Under the pieces are notes generated by a model. It searched no databases. It was not told where the DNA came from and saw only the letters and a list, made by a program, of their open reading frames with translations. A stretch of DNA of 57,697 nt, counting the filler, from Catajapyx aquilonaris (taxonomy: Eukaryota), in assembly GCA_000934665.2 (NCBI GenBank). It is 2 parts of 2 records of this genome, joined end to end, with 100 filler letters (N's around TTAATTAATTAA, not from the genome) between each part and the next. Parts side by side here need not be neighbours in the genome. Positions count along the whole stretch, not along the records: positions 1 to 28,720 come from JYFJ02004887.1; positions 28,821 to 57,697 come from JYFJ02004889.1. One strand, written 5' to 3'. The translations under genes were made by a program, and so were the position numbers. Every line of letters begins with the position of its first letter. Position 1 is the stretch's first letter. Below, one piece after another: positions 24,018 to 42,589 of this stretch.

Positions 24018-27000
24018 AATTACATACTGAAGAAATTTTTATTTGTTGGGGAAGGAGGCCAAAGAATTATTATGTACTGATTTAAAATAAGAAACATTAT
24101 CAAATCGACAAAAACAATGTAAGCATTTGGGACATCTCGATCTGGGCAGTTTATTTTTCTCTCCAAAAAGTACGAGACTTTGGTTTGTATCCTGAAATCA
24201 TTTTGCCTGTTGCTAATTAAACCACATTCAAAACAACTTTCAAGACTTCCTGATGCCAATTGTAATTGCGTCGTTAGTTATACTGTTGTGATGCAATTGA
24301 ATAGCTAGACCGGGTTGACTCTTAATTTATTCATGAGTTGAGTGCAATGCTTTCAGGATTCCAATCCTTTTAAATCCCATTTAAAGTATGGACTGTTGCA
24401 TTTTATTAAGAGAAAGGGAACTGATATGTTTTTATTTTGAAACAGATCGGACGCATGTGGTGGAGAAATGAGTTCGAGCTGCTTGCTGGTTATTTTTACT
24501 TAAATTATTTTCCTAGCCAGAGAGTAAGAGAGAGTAAGAGAGATAAAAACGGGCCTATTTTTTGGCATGCAGATGAGTAGGAAAGGAAGGCAAAGGTTAT
24601 TTTTGTTGTGTCAAATGGGAGACAAGTGCGAAAGAGAGCGAGAGCGTGTTGATGAGAGATACAGATCGTAACTCAGTATTTTTCTATGGTTGTTGACAAA
24701 CGTGGTTTAAGATAGATGCCGTGGAAGAGGGATGGTTTCTCGTTATCTGGGCAACAGGTCTGCATTTTCTAGTCTATTATACAGTAACTGGTAAATAGGT
24801 GAAATTTTTGGGTAGAATGGTTGGGGGCAGTAAATTTTTATGGGGGGCGACAGGCAAGTTATAATGGTTGTGATTGGGTTTTAAAATATATAAATATACA
24901 TATACAAATATATATTTCTGATGAGGAGTGCCAACATTCCATGCTGCAAGGCAGAGATATTAAACGGGAATGCCAGTGAAAGGAACAGAAATAAGAGAGA
25001 AACGAGTGTCTCAACTGCTGCTACTCAGAGTACAAAAGTTTAAAAAATATGGAGGAAGTTTGAAAAAATATGTGTTTGTGTTGCAATATGTTATTCACTG
25101 TATGTTTTTTGTTCTTGTTATTTCAAGTAGGAGGAGATTTTCTACATGTTTGTGTGGATTACAGGGTTGCCACTATTTTAGGATACTAGTACAAGAAACA
25201 AAACATTTCATGGGCAGTGACATTTTTTAGAGATTAGGTATGATTTGTACATAATTTTGAAATAAGTTGGAAACTTTTGTTTTTATGAAACATAGTTGAC
25301 AGTGGATTTGGGCATGTTTGTAAAATTTTCTGTTCTGTCCATGATAATACTGATGTAAAAACCAGTGGCAACTTTGAGGTTATTGAAAAAGAGTGCGTAA
25401 ACCTACTAGTTATTTTTACATAACATCTTAAAGAAAGGGATTTTTTCTTTGCAAAAATGATGTTGCGCTTCACTTTTTTTCTGCAATTTTTTTACGGGGA
25501 AATGAGGCTGTGGATGTTAACGATAGTTGAATAAATGTTAGCATTAATGAGGTTAGGAGGTTTTAAAAAAAGGAGCAAGGAAGACATATGGCAAGGAAGA
25601 TGAGCTGTGAGGTGGTGATGCAGAGTAGTTTCCTATTCTCTTTAAATTAAATTTTTATTATGTTGTAGATGTTGTCACAGTATGTCACTTTGTCGCACTG
25701 TCACCAGTTGGTGATTTTAAAGATAGCAATAGCAGTTCCCACACTAGAAACTAACATGTATTGGATTATGGAAAATAAGAATTGTTTAAGACTTCGAAAT
25801 GGCTGAAATGAGTTCAGGAATGACTGACAAAACTAAACCAAGTCTCTGTAGAAGGTATGTGAAAATGACTTATTGTGCATCATTTGCATGGCTGGACAAC
25901 TTCAAACAATGACATGGTGTCATACCTCAGGGGATCAGGTCCTTCAAGTGAAACGCCAGGTCCCTTACACATGCTTAAGCAGGAGGGAGGAGTGCACCTG
26001 AGTTGTGATGGGTCTCAAACCCAACCATGACACACATTATCCTGCACTATTCTACCCAGAACCAGAGTGCGCCCCTCCCATGAGAACAGTGCAGTTGGTT
26101 GAAGTTGTTGCAATGTCTTGTTAATACTGCTAGGCAAAACACCAGAATTGTACCAGAAGGGTCCTGGAAACTTGGTATTGAGAGAAAGGACTCTATAACA
26201 AGGAGAGAAAGACTCAACCATACCCATTTCTGTTAACGTCTGTTACCATGCTGTTACTTGAGAGATCAAGTTATAAAGCTTCCACATTATTTGCCACGTC
26301 ACCAATGTCTGGTTGTCTGGTTCATGGTTGAGAGTGATGGTAGGTTTACCCTCACTAAACCTAAGTGACAAATGAGAGAAGACTTGGGTAATCTGCTAAT
26401 TAGAATGTTGTATTTGAGCTGCTGTGGGACCTGCAGAAAATGAAAATATATATTGTAAATTTCCATATTTTTTTTTTTGTTACCAACACTGTATGTATGA
26501 TGATTTTTTGGATAGGGCTGTGGACAGGCTGCGATATTAAGTTGGAAAAGAATCTGTCAGTTGATTTTAGGTTGGAAATGTTTGCATACCCACAACTGCC
26601 CTGTAAATTGTTACTGTTGCTGTGCTTTTAGTTTCATTTATTGCACCATTATTTAATTTTTGATGCCCTGTGCCCTGACTTGCAAATTTTCTAAATGTAT
26701 GTTGTTGTTGTTCATGTAGTGTCTTGCAGCCAGGGTTTAAAAGTGTATCAGAGAGATATGCATAACACATAACCACAGACTACTATGACTACCATTAGAG
26801 CAGTCTGTGGCATAAACTATGAAGATCTACGCAGCTTTTTTGTGAATCACATGTCATGATCTCCATCCATTAAAATATTGTTTGAATGCCCACAATATAT
26901 GCATTATCATTGTTTTATTACCCTTTTTAGTGTGGTTCCATTTACCCAATGGTGACAAGTTTGTTAACAGATGAATGCCAGATATTAGTGGAAATTGGTC

Positions 27001-28089
27001 TGATTGAAATAATTGTTTAGGATATAGTCACAAATTGATATGCTCTTACTTAAGATCAGTGCCTTGTTATACATGGTGACTCAAAAGTCAGCTCTTATCC
27101 ATATGGGTGGAATGGTTACAGTCCTATCAGCTGACCCGAGCTGACCACCTGTCTGAGAAGCGGATTGGGCTTGCATGCTATTGGCTGGTGAACATGTGCA
27201 CCCTTTCAGTGTGACATGGAAGCCTGCTTGTCAGCGAGAGCAAGAGGCAACCCTTATGTGAACTATTTGTGACAGCTCCTCTGATGTGACTGACCTGACT
27301 TTTGGGACACCATGTATTGGTTATTAAAGACAACTGCATTTTTGTTGTGATAGTGGTCACTGTGGATGATGCATTATTACAACAGAAAATCAGCAGCTTG
27401 ATTTTGCATGAAAACAAGCAAGGCAGTAATAATTGACTGACATGAGAAAGAGAGATACGGACATTATACTATATGTGCTTAAAAAATTCCAAACTTCTCT
27501 AACTCGAATCTTATATAACTCGAAGTTTTTCCCCGGTCCCGTGGAGATTCGACTTATAGAAGTTTTACTGTATCTTGCAGTAACTGAATAGTTTCCCAAT
27601 AACTTGTGGCATCCTGACCTATAGTAGGAGGTAAGTGATTTGCCACTTTTGCAGAGCATTCTCACTTCCTTTGCACATCGCTGACTGGAATAAGCATTTG
27701 AATGGTTGACACTTTGATTCAAGAAGACCAGTATATCTGCATCAGAAATATTTCCTGTCAGCTGAACATATTTATTGGGAAAGTCTTTGACATCATCCAC
27801 AACTCATTTTGCCTCCTGAGGAACTGACCAGCAGTTCTCAGTGATTTGGAACTGCAGCAAGCTGCCCACCATTGGGGCCAGATGCAGCCAACAGTGGAAC
27901 CCTTTCCGGACCCTTTCTTCACCAGGGTACACGTATTACTTCACAATTTTTAAAATTATTTACAATCATTTTAAAACCATCCCCTCCTTGGTTTTTATTA
28001 CGTCATCTCCTCATGTGCTCTTGTTCAATTCTGGAAACATGATTCCAGTTGTGGCTATGCCAGGTAGGCCCTATCACTAGACCCTAGAG

Positions 28090-28463
28090 CAGGGGTTCCC
28101 AACCAGGGGTACCTGTACCCCCATGGGGTGCGAGGTGGCCCTCCTGTGTGGGTATGGAGCTATTAAAGTACCCCTGAGTCCAAATCGCGCAATTTTGGAC
28201 ATAGCACAGCCCAAGCACAACCCATAAGTGGCTTGCACAAAGGAAAATATAGATAGATTATAATAGAAAAAGTGACTTAATTTTCTTTCACTTCATCATA
28301 TTCCTGGTCCCAAAATATTGATTATAAAGTAGTTATCACGATTATCACGGCATGGATTAGTTAAATGTCAAAGATTCGGTTAATCTGTCATCCTATAGTA
28401 GGTACGAGAAGAACCAACTGCTCTCAAAGGGGTGTGAAGGCCCGAAAAGATTGGAAACCACTG
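28090..28463. mobile_element. hAT-type MITE
   Basis: CAGGGGTTCCCAA...TTGGAAACCACTG ends with an imperfect 8-bp TSD CCCTAGAG / CCCTAGCC. Confidence 0.65.
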
Positions 28464-28720
28464 CCCTAGCCCCTAGGTATACTTTTACTAATAATGAGCA
28501 GCCCAGAAATTATTTTTTGCTGATACCAAAAAAAAAGGTAACCATAAAGGCAATCATTGGTGATTCATGAATCATTCTATTGTTGAAAGTCACGAGCGTA
28601 GCCACCGGTACGCCCGGGTATGCTCATCTAATACATATTTCTAGACGTATGTCTGTCTCTCCTGTTATTCGCTATGCAAATCCGTACGGAGGCCCCGACA
28701 TATGCCCCAGGGGTTTCACT

Positions 28721-28820
28721 NNNNNNNNNNNNNNNNNNNNNNNNNNNNNNNNNNNNNNNNNNNNTTAATTAATTAANNNNNNNNNNNNNNNNNNNNNNNN
28801 NNNNNNNNNNNNNNNNNNNN
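28721..28820. other. Artificial assembly spacer (N44-TTAATTAATTAA-N44)
   Basis: Exactly 100 bp and symmetric; the central 12-mer places stop codons in all six frames. Confidence 0.95.
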
Positions 28821-30522
28821 ATGATCACATGAGTGATGATGATACAATCAAGGTGTGCAATAAAATAATAAAAATAAAGATTAATGCATAGGAAAGTGTT
28901 TACGTGCAGTTTCAAATGTTAATTTCTTTCAGGCCTGCTTACGAATGTTCCTTGACCTGGACCTGATAAAGAGGTTCCACATCGACTACGAAGTCGTCTG
29001 TCGATGGCTCCTCAGTGTAAAGAAGAACTATCGCCACATCACCTACCACAACTGGAGGCATGCATTTAATGTGGCACAAATGATGTTTTCTATTATAACG
29101 GTAAGTTGCAGACAGTTTTTATTGCAATTTAGGAGCTAATTGAAACAATTCGTAAACAAATGCTATTCCTGTTTGTCGTACCTGTTTACGGCTCTGTCAT
29201 TGTGAAAAGATGGGATCAGTTCTTCATAGTACTTTTTATTGCCATTAATGTCCTGAAAAGTGTGATGAAGAATGGATCATTAGATTTGAAATTTATCCTC
29301 TAAAAACATGACCTGACTATTTTTGTGGACTCTTTCAGGCTACCCAATGGTGGAAGGTCCTTGGTGAGCTCGAATGTCTGGCTTTGTTGATAGCCTGCCT
29401 CTGCCATGACCTAGACCACAGAGGGACGAACAATTCCTTTCAGATCAAGTAAGGCATGATTTTATAATAATACCACATGTTAAAAGAGAGCTATCCTTAA
29501 ATAAATGCATAATTTTCTCCCTTTGTCTAAAGGGCATCATCACCATTAGCACAGTTGTACTCAACATCTACGATGGAGCACCACCACTTTGACCAGTGCC
29601 TCATGATCTTAAATAGTCAGGGAAACCAAATTTTGGCAGGGCTTTCCTCTGACGAATACTCCAGGGTCATCAAGGTTCTTGAAGAGGCAATCCTAGCTAC
29701 TGATCTCGCTCTGTACTTCAGGTGAGAAGAGCACTGATAAGCATGCAAATAATATTTATTGTACACACATTATTCTAAAGTCCCATACCGCCATTTTGAA
29801 ATCTTCATTAATTGTTGTGTTCTTCTGATTGATTAGAAATCGTGGTGTTTTCCTCCACCTGGTGTCCTCCGAGAGCTACAACTGGTGGCAGGAGGATCAT
29901 CGGAAGCTTCTCCGTGGGATGCTGATGACCGTGTGTGATCTGGCTGCCATTACCAAGCCTTGGGAGGTGGAGAAGAGGGTGGCAGAGCTTGTGGCTAGCG
30001 AGTTTTTCGAGCAAGGCGACATTGAACGCGAGGAGCTGAAAATCAAGCCCATTGTGAGTGAACCTTATGAAAAATTTTAGATCCAAAGCTGCTCCTGATT
30101 CAGCTTCTTTAGAGTATTGCAGAAAAATAACAGTAGGCTTATAAGGACTTCATTTCTTCTGCAGGATATGATGGACCGAGATAAGAAGGATCAGCTGCCT
30201 TCAATGCAGGTTGGATTCATCGATGCCATCTGCTTGCCCATCTATGAGGTGAGTGTGTTACAAGTCTTTAGGAAATGGTTATCTGTAGATTTCAACGAAT
30301 CGTGATGAATAATAGCTATTGAGAATTCTCTAATTTGTGGTTACCAATTCTGTCATGTATTTGACCATTCTTGCTGCCCATTTGTAACAAATTTCAATTA
30401 ATTTTCAGGCATTTGCGCAACTTTCTGACAAGCTCGACCCTCTCCTGGACGGTGTGAAAGAAAACAGATCCCACTGGGAGTCCATGTCCGAAGAGCACCC
30501 GAATTCTATCAAGGTCGGCTGA
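28821..30522 (+). CDS. Pde11: Dual cAMP/cGMP phosphodiesterase 11-like, catalytic-domain 3' exons (5' part missing at the gap)
   Basis: Exons 28821(partial)-28852, 28933-29100, 29339-29448, 29533-29721, 29837-30053, 30165-30248 and 30409-30522 join in frame. Motifs [54 protein letters not shown] and MQVGFID closely match my recollection of arthropod PDE11. Confidence 0.9.
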
Positions 30523-31176
30523 GAAGGGACCTGCTGTTGCAGTGGCCAAGATTTTAAATAATAATTCCTACAAAAGAGGTGGAACTGAGAGTTCACAAGA
30601 CTAAACCGAGTCCTGAGCTGAAGGAACAAACAGGACTTCTTTAATTTAAAAATATAAAGAAAGCTAGTCGATGATGTATATATGCCAAGGAGAGAACGAA
30701 AACAAGAGAGAGATATAGTTCTACCCTTCGGCTGCTGATGTACAGTGAGATGTCTTTAATTTAATTTTAAACTCCCTGAAAATTCCTTCAGGGTTATTTA
30801 TTTTATACCTGCAGGGGTTTTAATTCGTTTTAAAAGCCTCTTTATGTGCGCTACATATTATAAGCAGAATACACGACTTTAGACTGAACCCAACATGATT
30901 TTATTGTGCATTCCTGAAAGCTTGTCGTTTTATTGAAGTGAGATCGTATTGTTAAAGATTCTGTTGGAATGGATCTGCCACACACATACATGAAAGTCGC
31001 TTGCCAGGAAAATTATTAATTATATTTAGCACAACATAACTTTATTAAACAAATAGCATAACAATGTCCAGGTTTGGAAAACAAAATTCATAACTCCTGT
31101 AACCGTGTTCGCTTAGAGCAAACCTGGGGTCTCAAACCGAAGAAAATAATGTCAATTTCCGTAGACAAATCCAAAA

Positions 31177-32371
31177 TTAGTAAGCTCCAGACTTCCAGGT
31201 TACCTGCCATGCACGGATATTGTTGTCTGTGTATCCTCCGAATAGGGTTTGTCCATCAGTAGACCAGGCAAGCGAGATGCATTCAGGATACTTAGGTTTC
31301 TTGCCCATCGAGTCCATGACCTCAGCTCGTAGCTCCTCCACAGTCATCTTGCCTTCCAGATCCTGGTTAGAAAAAGGATATAACTAAAATTCAAAGACTT
31401 CCATGTAACTCATACCCATATTTTGATGGAGGATCCTGCCGCTACGCACAGCCAGTAGCGATTGGGTGCAAAACACATGGCATTTATCTCGCCTGAGTGG
31501 TCCAAAGTGTAGAGTTTCTTGTCGTCGTGAAGATCCCACAGCATCACATGAGTATCCTTTTTAAAAAATAATATGATAAACGGTAACACCTGACTCCCAA
31601 TTAATCTAATGTCAGGGGCACGTACCTTGCCACCTGAGGCACAGAGTGATCCATCAGGTGAGATGCTGACTGCATTGACAAAGTTTGTGTGTCCAATGTG
31701 GTTCATGCGCAGTTTGCAGTTGGTAAGGTTCCACACCTTTACAACCTTGTCCCACCCACAAGAGACTATCACTGGGTTCTGTGGGTTGGGAGAGAAGCGT
31801 ACGCAGGACACCCAGTCTGTGTGGCCGTACTCTTGCAGGGTGTACTTGCATTGGGCTAGAGTGTTCCACAGCTTGATGGTATGATCGCGACTACCGGACA
31901 CTATCTGGCGGTTGTCTGATGAGAAAGCCACAGTCGTCACATCCTGTAAGTGGTTAAATTTTCACGTTTTACAGCAGCCACAACACTCCTGACCTATTGC
32001 TACCTTTGTGTGGTCCTGAAACTTTCGAGTGGACTTCCCAGCATTCAAATCCCACAAGCGAAGTGTCTTGTCCCATGCACCAGACAAGGCATAGTTACCA
32101 TCGGAGGATAGGACCACGTCGCTTATAAAGTGGTTATGACCATAGAGGCGCTTTTGTGGGATGCCCAAGGAATCATCGCCAGTCAACTTCCATATTATCA
32201 GCGTCTTATCTGATGCCAGGTTACAAGTTAAATATTGTTCAATGCGCACAACTGGGACTCACCTCGTGAGGATGACAAGAGCAAGTTGGGAAACTTTGGG
32301 TTCGTGGCTATTTGAGTGACCCAGCCCGAGTGACCTCGTAGAGTCCCACGTTGTATCAGAGTCTCGCCCAT
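31177..32371 (-). CDS. RACK1: RACK1 (GNB2L1) WD40 protein, 5 coding exons, 319 aa, divergent
   Basis: Exons 32371-32263, 32209-32004, 31943-31626, 31556-31416 and 31362-31177 (960 nt). Motifs [62 protein letters not shown] and [18 protein letters not shown] on the minus strand at 31041-31046. Confidence 0.95.
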
Positions 32372-33059
32372 CTTCACCACACAGACTGACCTGGATTGTG
32401 GACAGGAGAAGAGTGAAGTGGATTTGCAGTCATAGGTAACTAACAAGGTGCGTGTCATTTGATTTTGGCCATTTAACAAGCAATATTTGAGTAGGTCAAA
32501 TCCAACCATTTGGGACACATTTGAAATAATTTTGGCTAATTCATAGTGAGACGTAATGAATTTAACAGTGTTAATTGACCTGTGAAAAATACAGTTAACA
32601 CACTTTTTTGTCCCCATTGCCAATTTATTTTGCAATACAATCCGCAATATTTTGTAGATGCATGACACTTTATGGGTTTCAAGATAAGTTAATCTCCTTC
32701 AGTTTCGAAGTAGCAGTGTGACGACATGGGTTTTACCAATCGGGGGATTAACTATCGCAATAAAAGCAGCGGTTTATCATGTAGTATGTACGGTACTGTA
32801 ACACGTCCTTGAACTGCCAATAACTGTTATCAGCATATGCTTATTGCTGCTTATTGCACCTGAAATATTCGTCCGTAACTGTCACCCCGTGATCATACAT
32901 AGCGAACTACTAGCCATATGTGTGGTGCTTTCATGCACAACTTTGATCTAGCATATTCCGCATGAAAAACGCTGAAATCCTCTCTCATCACAGCTAATAT
33001 CCGTAATAGCTACTAGCTAAACTGTAGCCAATTTGTAAAATACATTGAAGCCGACTTGA

Positions 33060-33215
33060 ACCTCAAATAGTCCGCCATATTAGAACTCAAACCCGTCACG
33101 TGACCATTCTCCACCACTCCTATTGGCTGCGAGCTCCAATATGGCCGCCCTGTCATTCGATCTTATTTCCGCCAATGGGCAAGCGCGGAATTGTCGTGAC
33201 GTCACTCTGACATCA
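33060..33215. promoter_or_regulatory. Promoter motif cluster between RACK1 and PP2Ac
   Basis: CCGCCATAT and ATATGGCCGCC (YY1-like), GTCACGTGAC (E-box), several CCAAT/ATTGG boxes and a palindromic GTGACGTCAC (CRE) lie within ~150 bp. Confidence 0.6.
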
Positions 33216-33832
33216 CGACCAAGCAGCGGAGATGGGAGTGGATTGTATGGGTTTGTAGCTACTAACAGTTGAGTAGCCGTTATTGCAGTGTGACGGGCTC
33301 TGTGTGTCATTGCTGGTTGTATGTAACGGGCTGGGTTGTGTATGTAGGCGTGTTAGGACCAGGTTAGTCCGGATGTGCATATGTGTTGATGTGTGGGCCT
33401 TGTGCGGCGCACACTGGAGCGTGTGTAGCATGTAGCTGTCAACCGGCGAAGTAGCCGAAAGCGACTTCTTTCCAGCGGCTGTGCTGGAATCGGCCCCCAC
33501 CCGACCGGGCATCCGCCATTTTGATCTCGGGCGGCCCGACACCAAGCAGCTTCCTCTCCTCGGGGGCGTTCGAACGTTCGATCGTTCGGACCAATTTTTT
33601 TTCTCTCTCCTCCTCCCCCCCACACCCAACTAAATTAATTCCATCTCATCAGCCACGATAAATCTGGGATTATTATATATTTTTTTTATATTTGGCTCTC
33701 CCTCCCGCAGTTATTATTTTTTTTCTCTCTCTCTTCCGGACTCGACACTGTGGTTTTTGGGTGTGGTTTAAAAACCACTGGGGCAAATAAACAGTGAGGA
33801 TTCCCAGGGTTTTGTGAGAGGCTGCCTCTGCC

Positions 33833-39095
<5,263 letters not shown>

Positions 39096-40957
39096 AGGCC
39101 CGTTCATCTTTTTTGCCTCACCGAGATCCCTCCTAGCCCTCCCACCACCTCATGTACCCATCCTCATCCCGTATGCTACAAAATATGTTTTTGTTTATAC
39201 TTGTGGACCCCCGATTTTCCCCCATCCCGCAACTTATCAATACACTTGATCCCAGTTTCCCATACAAAAAAAAGAAAGATCCCTCCTCGCATTTTCACCA
39301 TTTCCACCTACGAAGTAAGCCAAAATGGAAAGAAAAAAAAAAAAGGTATAGCTTTTTTTTCCAGATAAAAAGGTGCGATGCTTTGTAGTCGGAAAATATG
39401 GCAGAGAGGCCACTTTTTTCTTCGTATTATCATTATTATTATTTACCCCCCCGAGACACAACATAGTGCCCTGCAGAAGGTCCAATTATAAGAAAAAATA
39501 AATAATGATAATTCTGGTACCGACGTGTGAGTGTGCGTGTGAATATGTGTGAATTTGCGTGTGAGCCGTTTGTGTAATTTTTTTTTTCTGGATGAAAAAC
39601 CTTGCTAACGGACTTGACCAACCAAAGCTGCATTGAAAAACAAAGTTCTTTTTTTGGACCACGTGTGAGTATGTTTGACGGGTATTCAGAAAAACGTAAA
39701 TTGCCCTGAAGGGGGGGCAAATAAACTGCACACCCATAGGTTTACGCCCGGACAAAAAAGATGAACTGCCACCTGCCCCCCATTCCTTTAAAAAAAAAAC
39801 AATAAAATAAATCATACCATTATTGCTGATGATTTGCAGATAAAACTTAGATAATGTAATTGTGTGGAGAGGATTAATAATAAATACATGTTTAATTTAA
39901 ATGAATATGTATAGAGAGCCAATAGGAATTTTTGCCAGTTTTTTCCGAATGGTTAGAGTCCCGTATTGCTATGTTTGTAGTCAAATAGTCGCCCCCAACC
40001 CAATCCTTCGACACCTTGAGTAATGAGAATGCCTGTCAGACTCATCCTTACGAGTAATAATTTTTAAACCTGAAAAAGGGGAATAAATTGTAAGCGAGTT
40101 TTGTAACAGCGTCTTTTTGAATTGTTATAACGACCTCTTTATTATGCACGACACATCAATCCAGTGATGTGGTTTATTGCACTTTTACATTGCTCAAAAT
40201 AAGTTAAAAACAGTCTTTTAACAGTGGCGGGAATATCACAGGAGTCTGTACGTTATTATGCAAATGCAAATAGCATGAAGCGCGCGAAGTTGTTCATGTA
40301 AATATATTCTCTTGTCCGCAATAGCGAGTACCAACTTGGTACGTGTCAAACTCAGTTTAAGTGAGCTGATATTATGCAAAGTAGTTGATGGAAGGGTCAT
40401 ATGCATGATTTGGCAGGTGTATTTTGATCATAATTAGCCAGTTAATGTCAACAGTTGCATGGGAAGCTGTAATACTGCTGACGAGGTATTACTTTATGAA
40501 GTATTTCAGGAGATTTACGGCAGTTGTAACATATCCACAGTAATGTGTTGCCGACTATTATTTCCTTGTGAGATAATGCACATTCGAGTCTATTTGACAC
40601 TGTGAAGGAAGTACTGAACTCGGATATGTGCAATCGCCTACGAAAAGTCTACCATCTTTTTTTCATCCGTATGTTGCACTTTTATGTGCAGAAACCAGTT
40701 GCGACCTAATTTTATTCTACAGAGATTCAGCGTAGCACCATCTCGTCAACATAAAGCAGCAATAACTGGCATAATCTGCACAAATAATTTAATAAGCTGG
40801 TCCACGTTGTTTCGTATGTGACTCGAATCCGAGAACTTCTCCCTGCACACCCTTGTAATGAGGGCCAGTAATACTGATCACCCACCCCCTTTTTTTAAAA
40901 AACATGTCCACCACCATTTGTTACACACTCCCTCCTCCTGTGTAGTTCAATTGGCTT

Positions 40958-42589
40958 TCACTCAATCTTCATTCCTGTGTCGAGATTGAGGAGCTGTTTC
41001 ATGAGCTCGTACACAGAGAAGGAGACTGCGACCATTGGCACTGCTCGGAGGTAGTTGATGCTCATCCCACGGTACAGCCCTCGGGACACACCATTCTCGT
41101 TGTATATGAGACGTAAAGTTGAAAGCGTACCCATTCTGTGGGATTAGAATGTTAATGTCAGGTATATCCGACAAACCGCAATATGCAATTTGACGTTGAG
41201 TATTTCATTCGACACATTGCATGTTGCAGTAATGACCTTTTTTTTAGTACAAGAGTACACCATTTGGGAGATGTAGGAATAATCGGGTTAAATGGCTGTT
41301 AGCACGCGAATAGTGCGAGAAAATAGTTACCTTCTACATGTACCCGACACCATCCAATGAGAAGAGAAAAAAAAGAGAGAAAAGATGTAATTACAACACT
41401 TGCAGATGCAACAAAATGGTGCAGCGTAACCGGTTCAGATTGTCCCACTTTTTAATTTGAAACCCAGCAACGTCCTAAGCTTACCCGAACTTGTGCGTCT
41501 CGGGACTCATCATGGCCAGCTGCATTCTTCTTCTGACCACGTCTAGAGGATATGAGAAGCTCTGCGCAACCGCTCCTGCCACGCCGCCACACAAGAATTT
41601 GGCTGGGATTAGCAGCACCAGTCCTCCAGTATTCCTGGTGCATGGTCCACAAGTGGAGCGGGGGAAGTACTTCATACAGTAGAACTTGAGGGACTCGAAG
41701 CAGTAAAAGGACAGGCCAGCGTACGGAACCATCCCGCAAACGGTTGGGGCAAATCCGCGGTACAGTCCACGTATCCCACCTTCCGTCCTGAGGATTTCCG
41801 ACATGGTGTGTACTATCCCTGAGTACATATGTTCACCTACCACCTGTAAAGAGCGAGATTGCAGGTCGGACATGTCGTGGTTTACAGCAACTTACCTGGA
41901 ACGCAAGCCTGGCTCTGACTGTATCAAGCGGATAGGTGAGCGCAACGGCCGTTACTCCAGCGGACGACCCGGAGAGGAATTTGGCAATGTGAGACTTCGA
42001 TCCAAGGAGATCGCAATACATCTGCAAGTAATTATAACTTTTAATTAATAATTATTTAAATTATAATCCAATAGACTAGACATTGTCTCTTGAAGCCCGA
42101 CATATCCAGAGTCTACTGGATAATTTCCATGTAATTCAATGGACGGTAACCTTTTTGTACAGCTCGAAGGACGTGAATTGCGTCGCAGCGTATGGGAATA
42201 TCCTGACCATCTGCGCTCCATTCCCTTTGTACAGAGCGAAGTGCCGCTCCTTCTCGATGATGGCTTTTAGCCCGGAGAAGACGTTCAGGTGGTAGTAATG
42301 CTTGTTGTGCGCCTGCAGCAGGATCTTCACTCGGTCCAAAGGTGCAACCGTTGTCTTCGAGCACATCCCTGCTATGCCTGTAAACCACATGTTTACCATG
42401 TATTACCACATGTTTTTTGGCCTAGTTATTTTCTCTTGCATTGCCCGCAGCTGATGCAACATAGTTATGTTCCAAAATGTAATTATTCTCACCTCCGGCC
42501 AAGAAGGACTTGAGCACGACGGTGACCGTCTTGTCCTCAGCCTCAGCCGCAACAGGAGCACCTTTCCTCTGCTGCTCCTCCTGCTGCAT
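40958..42589 (-). CDS. SLC25A16: Mitochondrial carrier, Graves disease carrier/SLC25A16-like (CoA transporter family), 328 aa
   Basis: Exons 42589-42493, 42377-42151, 42021-41896, 41843-41485 and 41135-40958 (987 nt). Three carrier signatures PLDRVKILLQ, PLDTVRARLAFQ and PLDVVRRRMQL, plus KGNGAQMVRIFPY typical of SLC25A16. Confidence 0.92.

Noticed and set aside
27390..27930. 136-aa minus ORF as a gene or PDE11 5' part
   Set aside because: It is on the wrong strand for PDE11, has a non-ATG start, runs into a pogo-type MITE end (~27490-27572) and shows no recognisable domain.
31363..32262. Intronic snoRNAs in RACK1
   Set aside because: The introns are ~53-70 nt and show no convincing C/D box pair.
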